DNA of 62,651 nucleotides from a virus (taxonomy: Duplodnaviria; Caudoviricetes). Position numbers and translations under genes: made by a program. The stretch lies in the IMG/VR virus record IMGVR_UViG_3300027816_002956, positions 1 to 62,651 of that record; one strand, 5' to 3'. Each line of letters begins with the position of its first letter. Position 1 is the stretch's first letter. The notes below the pieces were generated by a model that was given only the letters and a program-made list of their open reading frames with translations, did not search any database and was not told where the DNA came from. Positions 1-7,740 of this stretch are shown here, piece after piece.

Positions 1-116
1 TCTCTTTCCCAAGGTAACATGTTATCCAATTCTGTCAAACTATATTTGTGGTGTTGCATCAATGCAAAATTAGTTTGATAGTAGTTACCTAAATTTTCAT
101 GACCAAAAATTAACCG
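1..116 (-). CDS. gp51: gp51-like baseplate hub assembly protein, truncated by the window edge; probably translated as a -1 frameshift extension of gp26
   Basis: Not in the ORF track. Manual translation of the minus strand gives RLIFGHENLGNYYQTNFALMQHHKYSLTELDNMLPWER, the typical T4-like gp51 motif. There is no in-frame ATG upstream of the HENL motif. Confidence 0.8.
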
Positions 117-829
117 AAAAAACTTTGAATTCCTTCTACATCAATATCTTCTTCATGATTACATTTATTACATTTAAACTGTAGTTTCTTTTTGATCTTT
201 GGCATTGATTCGAAAAACAATTTAAGTTTCTCCAACTCTTTTGACTGCAAAGAATCTATAAATTCTTCAAGTTCTTGCCGTAGAGTATCTTTAGCATAGT
301 ACATATTTTCTGCATCATAAATGTAATCAATGCAATCAATAATTAAATTTACAATTACACTAGCATCTTTTGCATCTTTGTATTTCTCAATCATTTCAAA
401 ACTAGGATACTTCATAACAATACCAAGTTTGTCATTTATTTCTATTTTATTGGTGTGGTCATTTTCTTTTGTTGGTTTTATATCCAACAAATTCAGATCA
501 AATTGAACTATGTTACCACACTTCTTATCTTCTTCAACTGTATTATTGCATTTGTATTTTAAAGTAACTAATTCTGAAATAGATCTAGCCCTGAGATTTA
601 AAAACAAATATTCCAAATCAAAAACTGGCAATGAATCTACATTTATATCACTTAAAATACAATTGTTTACGACTTGTTTTATTGTATTCAATACAGACTC
701 GGCATCTTGAGATTCCGAAGCCATCAGAAACAATTTTTCTTCTTTAACTGTAAATGGTCTAAACCTAATCTTTTTGTCTACAGATAATAATTTCAAATCA
801 TAAATTGGTACATCAACTTTTGGTAACAT
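110..829 (-). CDS. gp26: Baseplate hub subunit / assembly chaperone (T4 gp26-like)
   Basis: MLPK start, RPFTVKEEK, FDLEYLFLNLRARSISE, two Cys pairs (CNN...CGN; CNKC) and GIQSFF end; GAGG RBS upstream; adjacent to gp51 and gp54. Confidence 0.88.
   Translation of the reverse strand: MLPKVDVPIYDLKLLSVDKKIRFRPFTVKEEKLFLMASESQDAESVLNTIKQVVNNCILSDINVDSLPVFDLEYLFLNLRARSISELVTLKYKCNNTVEEDKKCGNIVQFDLNLLDIKPTKENDHTNKIEINDKLGIVMKYPSFEMIEKYKDAKDASVIVNLIIDCIDYIYDAENMYYAKDTLRQELEEFIDSLQSKELEKLKLFFESMPKIKKKLQFKCNKCNHEEDIDVEGIQSFFG
116..122 (-). promoter_or_regulatory. Putative -1 ribosomal frameshift slippery heptamer T TTT TTC
   Basis: Minus strand reads AGT TTT TTC GGT TAA, which fits X XXY YYZ in the gp26 frame; the -1 frame is open into the gp51 motif. 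Confidence 0.65.
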
Positions 830-844
830 AATTTCCTCACTTAA

Positions 845-1621
845 TTAAAAGAATATTCTCCCTACTGTCTGATCTACATTTCTTCCAAGACCAGTAACTA
901 ATCTTTCACCAGCACTTCCAAATAATGCAGCAGCTGCCTGAGATAAGTTATATGTGCCAGAATAAATTGTTCTATATTTTTGATATGCAAACTGAACAGA
1001 TAGTCTATGCACACCGTCATCCTGCCAAGATAATTGTTGTGATGACACTCCAACTGGAAACGCATCAATCAATTCTACTGCATAAATCTGTTTAATAAAT
1101 TCATCATATTGAATGATTTTTATGTTTGTTAGATACCGAGTTTCTTCGTCTTTTGCATATCTTAAATTATTTGTGTCTGTTGGCATGATTGCTTCCATCC
1201 AACGGTCAAATAACTTTCTTTCATAGAACTCATTTGTACATAGAAAAGTCAATGTTGTGTCGGCATATTGAGTTTGATATGGTACTTTAAATGTTGGACC
1301 ATAGATTTTTACATCAGCTGTTGCAAGTGTTTTACCTGGAAGTTCAGCTGATTCACATTGAAGGGCCAAGTATCGTGAGATCGAAGCGTTACTTGTTTTA
1401 GATTGAGGATCTTCCGGCTGACTTCCAAAAACTCCACCTAATATATCAGAAACATTTGTAAAGATTGTATTTGGTAAATTAAACAATTGTTCGAATACAG
1501 AATTACCAATAAAATTGTTTATGTAACGAGGTATTGGTAGAACAACCTCAAATCGATTCGGCCGTGCAAGACCATCTTTTGCACGAATGTTTGATAGAAA
1601 TAAATTTGGTGCGAATGACAT
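845..1621 (-). CDS. gp54: Baseplate tail-tube initiator (T4 gp54-like, tail tube fold)
   Basis: GLARPNRFEV, CESAELPG, FDRWM, LIDAFP and LSVQFAY motifs; located next to gp2. Confidence 0.75.
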   Translation of the reverse strand: MSFAPNLFLSNIRAKDGLARPNRFEVVLPIPRYINNFIGNSVFEQLFNLPNTIFTNVSDILGGVFGSQPEDPQSKTSNASISRYLALQCESAELPGKTLATADVKIYGPTFKVPYQTQYADTTLTFLCTNEFYERKLFDRWMEAIMPTDTNNLRYAKDEETRYLTNIKIIQYDEFIKQIYAVELIDAFPVGVSSQQLSWQDDGVHRLSVQFAYQKYRTIYSGTYNLSQAAAALFGSAGERLVTGLGRNVDQTVGRIFF

Positions 1622-2199
1622 TAGAATTTGCCCTTTGATTCTGCGTAAACTTTACTTGTGCCGGCGCCAACAAATGTTTCCATAGGTAACATACAAGCTA
1701 TGTCCCATTCGTCAGCAAATATTTCGATGAAGCGTGACCTTACATGTGAATACAAATATCTTTTAATACATGGAATGGCTTCAAATGCTTTTGTTGCGCC
1801 TTTTAAATATTGATAATTAACTCTTAGTTCTGTGTTCAAATCGAACCTAGTATCTGTTGCTGTTTGACTGAGTTTATCCAATAAAGTGATTCTGTATCTT
1901 GGGTGAATGTAATGCAAATTCAAACCGAGAAAACCATCATTGTATGGTTCAACAGGTATCACTAAAGGAAATCTGTCAAAATACGGTAACTTATCTTTTG
2001 TCTTTGGATCATAATAGAAAAAGTACATGCGACCAATAAATGGTGATTTTACTGTTCTTTCTCTATCTCTAAAAAATTCTTTTTCTGAAGGATTTAATGA
2101 CCTAACTTTAGACTGCAACCAGGTTCTTGCTTGTTGAGTGCGGGGTCTCAAACCTTCTTTTGCGAGCGATGATTGTATTCTGTCGAGTAATGTAGCCAT
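1621..2199 (-). CDS. gp2: DNA end protector protein (T4 gp2)
   Basis: GRMYFFYYDPKTKDKLPYFDRFPLV, GFLGLNLHY and PCIKRYLYSHVRS motifs. Confidence 0.93.
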   Translation of the reverse strand: MATLLDRIQSSLAKEGLRPRTQQARTWLQSKVRSLNPSEKEFFRDRERTVKSPFIGRMYFFYYDPKTKDKLPYFDRFPLVIPVEPYNDGFLGLNLHYIHPRYRITLLDKLSQTATDTRFDLNTELRVNYQYLKGATKAFEAIPCIKRYLYSHVRSRFIEIFADEWDIACMLPMETFVGAGTSKVYAESKGKF

Positions 2200-2203
2200 C
2201 TAT

Positions 2204-2211
2204 TATTTATG
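2204..2211 (-). promoter_or_regulatory. T4-type late promoter (CATAAATA) for gp2
   Basis: Matches the TATAAATA consensus at 7 of 8 positions and lies 4 nt upstream of the gp2 ATG in a short intergenic gap. Confidence 0.7.
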
Positions 2212-2643
2212 CTACAATCCCAAATCATTCTCCGTAAGTATTTTGAATTGCCAACCATGTTCTTTACAGAATATGTCGGCAGCTCTCCACTTTTCTTGGT
2301 TGATTGCGTATGTTGCAGCTTCCTGAATGAACTTCTTTGTGCGTCTTTTCTGTACAGGCATTTTGGTCTGAGATTCTGGTTTTACCTCTAAAATATATGT
2401 CATAACCAGACCATCTTTTCTCCGAACTTTTACTATAAAATCTGGAAAATACCTGTGAATTCGGTTGTCTATAGGTGAGCGATACGGTATGGGCAGTTCT
2501 TCAGATGCCCACCATATGACATTTGGATTTTCATCCAAATACTTCATTACTCTTACCTCCCAAGAAGAACGATATATGATATGATTAGGATCACCGTTGT
2601 ATTTCTTAGGATTGTTAGGTATAAACCTTCCTTTATATGACAT
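2212..2643 (-). CDS. gp4: Head completion nuclease (T4 gp4, TnsA-like PD-(D/E)xK)
   Basis: YKGRFIPNNPKKY, IYRSSWE, WASEE, HRYFPDF, EVKP, NQEKW and FKILTE motifs. Confidence 0.94.
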   Translation of the reverse strand: MSYKGRFIPNNPKKYNGDPNHIIYRSSWEVRVMKYLDENPNVIWWASEELPIPYRSPIDNRIHRYFPDFIVKVRRKDGLVMTYILEVKPESQTKMPVQKRRTKKFIQEAATYAINQEKWRAADIFCKEHGWQFKILTENDLGL

Positions 2644-2648
2644 AAATA
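2641..2648 (+). promoter_or_regulatory. T4-type late promoter (CATAAATA) for the gp48 operon
   Basis: Located at the divergence point between gp4 and gp48, 27 nt upstream of the gp48 ATG; overlaps the gp4 start codon on the other strand. Confidence 0.65.
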
Positions 2649-2675
2649 CTATCTAGTCAACTTTAAAGGCAAAAA

Positions 2676-3905
2676 ATGTCTATTTTTAAATTTACGGATA
2701 TATCATTTAATAAAAACCCGTACACTCGACCTAGTGATTCAAGAGAGAATTTGGTTGGCGGAAAATATAATTCAAATACATTAAGATATCCTATAGACTT
2801 AGGTTCTTACGATAAAGGTCATTACATGGTAATTCATGTTAATGAGCAAAATAAAACGAGTTACAAAGGTATTACTGGCTTTGGAGATGAACCTTCAATT
2901 ATTACAAATAGAAGAAATCTAAATTCTTCGGTTGGTGGCACAGGAATAGGTGGATTAGATTCTGTTTTATCGACAGTATCAAATTTTGCAGAAAAATCAA
3001 CAAATTTTGCAAAAGAAGCTAACAGTAAATTAGAGCAAATTGAAAGAAAATTGGGAATAGGAAATATTCCTAGTTCTGCTGCGAAAGTAGGCTCTACAAC
3101 AATTTCAGAAGCATCATCATATAAATCTTTAGCTGGTGTGCGAACAATAAAAAGAACAACGGATACGATTGCTCTTTATATGCCAGATACTTTAAATTTT
3201 ACTCATCAGCAAGGGTATAACGAAGTAGCTTTAGGTGGTGGATTATTTGCTGCTGCTGGAGCCGCAGCTTCAGCTTTAAGGGATACAACTTCTTTTAAAG
3301 ATGCAATGGACATTATTGGTAAAAATGCAAGTCCATTTATTGCAAACGCCGTTGCAGGAATGTTTGGTGATGTTGGTCGTGCAGCTTTTGCTGGAGGATT
3401 TGGAGCCGTTGCTAACCCGCAACTTGAAGTTTTATATGTATCACCTAAATTAAGAAACTTTAGATTCGACTTTATGTTTTATCCTAGATTATCTAGAGAA
3501 GCGTCTGAAGTACAAAGAATTTTAGATAGATTTAGATTTCATCAAGCACCAGAATTATTAGGTTCAGAAAATTCAGGTGGTGTTGGAGGATTCTTTTTAG
3601 TTCCGCCTTCAGAATTTGATATTAAATTTTATTACAATGGCCAAGAAAATCCTAACATTCCAAAAATATCAACTTGTGTTTTAACGAATGTAGATATAGA
3701 TTATGCACCAAATGGTTTTGCTACATATGAAGTGCCGAGTGATTTGACGGCTAGAAAAGGATTTACAGGTATGCCTGTTGCAATTAGATTGTCTTTGGAA
3801 TTCCAAGAAACAGAAATGTTGACAAAAGCAAACTTTGCAAGAGATGAGGGACGATTAAGTTTGAGAGAGAACTTTGGTCAAATTAATAGTAGTGAGAATG
3901 AATAA
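2676..3905 (+). CDS. gp48: Baseplate tail-tube cap (T4 gp48)
   Basis: LRYPIDL, IALYMP, NPQLEVLY..P.LRNFRFDFMFYPR, CVLTNVDIDYAPNG and LSLEFQETE motifs; divergent from gp4 and followed by gp53. Confidence 0.88.
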   Translation: MSIFKFTDISFNKNPYTRPSDSRENLVGGKYNSNTLRYPIDLGSYDKGHYMVIHVNEQNKTSYKGITGFGDEPSIITNRRNLNSSVGGTGIGGLDSVLSTVSNFAEKSTNFAKEANSKLEQIERKLGIGNIPSSAAKVGSTTISEASSYKSLAGVRTIKRTTDTIALYMPDTLNFTHQQGYNEVALGGGLFAAAGAAASALRDTTSFKDAMDIIGKNASPFIANAVAGMFGDVGRAAFAGGFGAVANPQLEVLYVSPKLRNFRFDFMFYPRLSREASEVQRILDRFRFHQAPELLGSENSGGVGGFFLVPPSEFDIKFYYNGQENPNIPKISTCVLTNVDIDYAPNGFATYEVPSDLTARKGFTGMPVAIRLSLEFQETEMLTKANFARDEGRLSLRENFGQINSSENE

Positions 3906-4552
3906 TGGCAAAATTTTTTAAATATTTTCCAAAAACACCATACACATTATCACCAGATAATATTGATTATCTAACCAATATTACATCAAAGGTTTCTTTT
4001 GAAAAAGAATTTAGAGACAATTCTGTGGTGTATTATGAATATTTAATTTCTGATGGAGAAACACCTGATATTATTGCACATAAAATTTATGGTTCATCTG
4101 AAAGGCATTGGATTATATTACTACTAAACGAAATTTTAAATCCACAATTTGACTGGCCTTTGAGTGATTCTTCACTTAAAAAATATATTGATGTAAAATA
4201 TCAATCAGAACAATATGCAAACAACTCAACCGAAGGTGCAGGAACAAATTGGGCTCAAACAAATATAAAGACCTATTTAAGAGTTGAAACCAAAACAAAT
4301 ACTAAGTTAAATGAAGTTTTGTCCATTGAAAAAACATCATTAACTCAAAATGCTTATGCAAATTTAACTTCTTCTTCATCTAATTATACTTTGCAAGATG
4401 GTACAGAATTGACGATTGATATAACAAAAGAATCTTTAAGTTATTACAATTATGAAGTTGAAGAAAATGAAAATAAGCGTTCAATAAAAATATTAAAACC
4501 AGAATTTGTACCTATAGTTGAAAATGAGTTTACTGAGGTTTTTAATTCATGA
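3905..4552 (+). CDS. gp53: Baseplate wedge protein (T4 gp53, LysM-like)
   Basis: FFKYFPK, GETPDIIAHKIYGS..HWIILLLN..NPQFDWP and YEVEENENKRSIKILKP motifs. Confidence 0.92.
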   Translation: MAKFFKYFPKTPYTLSPDNIDYLTNITSKVSFEKEFRDNSVVYYEYLISDGETPDIIAHKIYGSSERHWIILLLNEILNPQFDWPLSDSSLKKYIDVKYQSEQYANNSTEGAGTNWAQTNIKTYLRVETKTNTKLNEVLSIEKTSLTQNAYANLTSSSSNYTLQDGTELTIDITKESLSYYNYEVEENENKRSIKILKPEFVPIVENEFTEVFNS

Positions 4553-5898
4553 CAGTAAATGTTTCTGATTTTTTAATTAAAGAGTTGTCTTTAGTTTACA
4601 AAGAAAAAAAAGTAGATATTTCAGGTATATTTCAAGAATTAAATATCTACGATAGTATTTTATTACCTTGTATGCATGGCAATATTGTGATTTTAGACGC
4701 TAAAGGCCTAACAGATGAATTGTCACTTGATGGTTCTGAAAATTTAATTGTCAATATTCAAAAAAATGAGTTTGGTAGTGCTAGTGACCCTTTGACATTT
4801 ACAAAAGTCTTTAGAATTTTCAAACAATCAAATAGAAAAAATGTAAACTTAACATCGGAAGCTTACATATTACATTTCATTTCAGATGAATATATTTTAT
4901 CCGAACAACTTCGTGTAACTCAATCATATGAAAATACTTATGGAAATATTGCAACATCTATATTAAAAGAATACTTAAATGTTAATATAGACCGAGAAAC
5001 AAAAAATGGTGGATTATTTGCAGAAACAATAGGTATGAGAAAAGTTGTTATACCAAATTTACACCCATTAGATGCGATTGACTGGTGTGCAAAGAGAAGT
5101 TTAGATGAAAAAGAATCACCGACATTTTTATTTTTTGAAAATATAAAAGGATATAACTTTGTAAATCTTGCAAAATTGCTTTTAAATTCACCTGTTGCTA
5201 AATTAAATTTTATACCAAAGAATGTTGCATTAGGTGATAAAGCCGAAGAAACAACTTTTTTTGGTGTAAAGAATTTTAAAGTTTTAACACAGTTTGATTT
5301 CTTAAAGAATGTTCAAAATGGAGTTTATGCCGGTAAATTTATAGGATTTGATCCAATAACCAGAACAATAGCACAAAGAGAAATAAGTTTTGATGACCAC
5401 TATCACACTATGAAACACGGTAATAAAGTGCCTAATTTGACCGTTGTTAAAAATAAAAAAGGCAAACAAAATATTGAGATGTTTGATGCTAAACAATCTG
5501 TGTATGTTTTTGGATATTATCGAAATGAAAATGAATACATACAAGAAAACGATCCTGAGTCTTTAAATTTTGTTGATGACCCTTACAAGTATGTCTTTCA
5601 AAGAAAAGCAATTATTCAAAATTTTCTAACACAAAGAGTTCAAGTTTTAATTCCTGGTAATTTTTCAATTACATCAGGTGTGAATGTTGAATTATTAGTT
5701 CCAAAACTTGGAGAAAAATTAAAAGATGATGATAATTATGATAAAAGTCTTTATGGAAAATATATGGTCATAGCTGCACATCATTGTATAACTCCTACGA
5801 TACATGAGGTTGTTATCGAGTGCGCTAGTGATTCTTCTAACAGAGAAGCTGGAGTTATTCGAACAGCAACCGTAGATGATGCGAGGTATTACGCATGA
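4549..5898 (+). CDS. Baseplate hub protein (gp27-like / contractile tail hub)
   Basis: Lies between gp53 and gp5; ELNIYDSI, FLFFEN and GKYMVIAAHH motifs are typical of hub proteins in T4-like phages. Confidence 0.7.
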   Translation: MTVNVSDFLIKELSLVYKEKKVDISGIFQELNIYDSILLPCMHGNIVILDAKGLTDELSLDGSENLIVNIQKNEFGSASDPLTFTKVFRIFKQSNRKNVNLTSEAYILHFISDEYILSEQLRVTQSYENTYGNIATSILKEYLNVNIDRETKNGGLFAETIGMRKVVIPNLHPLDAIDWCAKRSLDEKESPTFLFFENIKGYNFVNLAKLLLNSPVAKLNFIPKNVALGDKAEETTFFGVKNFKVLTQFDFLKNVQNGVYAGKFIGFDPITRTIAQREISFDDHYHTMKHGNKVPNLTVVKNKKGKQNIEMFDAKQSVYVFGYYRNENEYIQENDPESLNFVDDPYKYVFQRKAIIQNFLTQRVQVLIPGNFSITSGVNVELLVPKLGEKLKDDDNYDKSLYGKYMVIAAHHCITPTIHEVVIECASDSSNREAGVIRTATVDDARYYA

Positions 5899-6947
5899 TA
5901 GTTACACAAACTAAAAAGGATTATGGTAATTTTGACCCGATGAATTGGGTTGGTATTATTGAGAATGCTCACGATCCATTAAACATTGGAATGTACAAGG
6001 TGAGAATTATTGGATTACACTCACCAAATATTGAAGAAAGTCCAGTAGATAACCTTCCATGGGCTCACGCTGTCGTTCCTTTGTCAACAGGAAGTACAAC
6101 ATCGATAGCTCGAGAGGGTGAATGGGTCGTTGGATACTTTTTAGATCCCGAAACTTTACAATATCCAATCATCGTAGGTATTCTACCAGGAATACAATCA
6201 ACAAGTGTAATTAATATTACAAGTTCAGCATCAAGAAATGGTTCTTCAACATACGGCCAATCAGCAGGATTTGTACCTCAATTAACACAAGAACAAGCAG
6301 ATAAAACTCCTAAACTTCCTCCTGGTGTGGTAACAAGAGCTGACGGCCAACCAACCACATCTCCTTTAGCGAGAGGTGAAATTGCAAACAGTACGATAGC
6401 TCTAACAAATAATGCAATTGAACATGTTTGTGATTTTAAAAAGAAATTGAGATTTGATATTGCAAAAGAAAAAATGTTAACTTATCAATTTGTACAACAA
6501 GCTCGAGAGGCAATAAAACAATTTTTTGCTGGTCTTTCTAGTGGTCCTATGGGTACGGCTGTTCAAGTAACAATTAGACAAATAAAAGAAGTATTAAAAA
6601 TGATAAAGAAGGCAGCAGATTTTATAACTGATGTAGTTAAAGCTACAGCAGATTTCTTAAAGTATTGTAATCAAATTTTGGCATATATTGCTAGTTTACC
6701 TGCAAAATTGGCACAGATGTTGAAAAAATGTGTACAAGAATTTACAGACGCTTTATCTGAATTATTATCTTTTGACGATCCAAATTCACCATCAGGTTCA
6801 ATATCACCTTTTGGTGAAATAAAAGATCTTTTTATTGAAGTTCAAAATACTGCTCAATCTTTACAGAATGTTGTGAGTGCTACAACTGAAACTGTTGCTC
6901 AAGCTCAATCATTAGCATATACTGCTAGATCTTTTGGAAGAGTATAA
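5895..6947 (+). CDS. gp5: Central spike protein gp5, N-terminal OB-fold part with helical C-terminal extension
   Basis: WVGIIEN..DPL.IG..KVRIIGLH, LPWA and GEWVVGYFLD....QYPIIVG motifs; no lysozyme domain visible. Confidence 0.85.
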   Translation: MIVTQTKKDYGNFDPMNWVGIIENAHDPLNIGMYKVRIIGLHSPNIEESPVDNLPWAHAVVPLSTGSTTSIAREGEWVVGYFLDPETLQYPIIVGILPGIQSTSVINITSSASRNGSSTYGQSAGFVPQLTQEQADKTPKLPPGVVTRADGQPTTSPLARGEIANSTIALTNNAIEHVCDFKKKLRFDIAKEKMLTYQFVQQAREAIKQFFAGLSSGPMGTAVQVTIRQIKEVLKMIKKAADFITDVVKATADFLKYCNQILAYIASLPAKLAQMLKKCVQEFTDALSELLSFDDPNSPSGSISPFGEIKDLFIEVQNTAQSLQNVVSATTETVAQAQSLAYTARSFGRV

Positions 6948-7738
6948 TGGCCGTAAACAAACCTGATGGTAATGATTGGACTGAACCAGAATCATCTTTT
7001 AAAGGTGAATATCCTTATGCACATGTAACTGAAACTGAATCTGGTCATTTGTTTGCATTAGATGACACTAAAGATTCTGAAACAGTTCGTTTAGCACACC
7101 GTATAGGAACATTTACAGAAATACAACCAGACGGTACAAGAATAGATAAAATTGTTGGTGATGGTTATCAAATAGTTGCAAAAAATAATCATGTTTTAAT
7201 TAAAGGTGTTTGCAACATTACGATTGAAGGTGATTCTGTACTTCATGTATTAGGTGATGCAGACATGAAAGTTGATGGCGATGCTTACTCTTTAGTAGAA
7301 GGTGATTCAATTACAAAAGTAAAAGGTGATGCATCAATTTTTGCTGGCGGAGATTTAGATTTATCAGCTGGCGGTGAATTAGGTACAGTAACAATAAATG
7401 CTCCTGATGGCATAAATTTAAATGGAGATGTTACTGTAAACGGAATGTTAAATGCTGTGAACAGTATATACGCAGGAGATAACATTCTTGCAGGAAAACA
7501 ATTGTTTTCATATTTTGGAATACAGACACTTGGTGGTATAAATTCTGGATTTACATCTGAATCTCCGGTGCCGGCTGGAATAATCACAGCAACAGTACAA
7601 GTTGAAGCACCTGGCATTATAGGTTCTGCTTATGTAAGAGACTCTGTTGGAACAATGCAAATGATAAGAAACATTTATAACGTACATCGACATCCTGCAC
7701 CGAAAGGTCCAACAGGAACACCATTTAACCCAATGTAA
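6947..7738 (+). CDS. Central spike protein gp5, C-terminal beta-helix part with His-x-His apex
   Basis: YPYAHVTETESGH...DDT...ETVRLAHRIGTFTEIQPDG followed by VxGD repeats; ends YNVHRHPAPKGPTGTP. Confidence 0.82.
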   Translation: MAVNKPDGNDWTEPESSFKGEYPYAHVTETESGHLFALDDTKDSETVRLAHRIGTFTEIQPDGTRIDKIVGDGYQIVAKNNHVLIKGVCNITIEGDSVLHVLGDADMKVDGDAYSLVEGDSITKVKGDASIFAGGDLDLSAGGELGTVTINAPDGINLNGDVTVNGMLNAVNSIYAGDNILAGKQLFSYFGIQTLGGINSGFTSESPVPAGIITATVQVEAPGIIGSAYVRDSVGTMQMIRNIYNVHRHPAPKGPTGTPFNPM

Positions 7739-7740
7739 AT

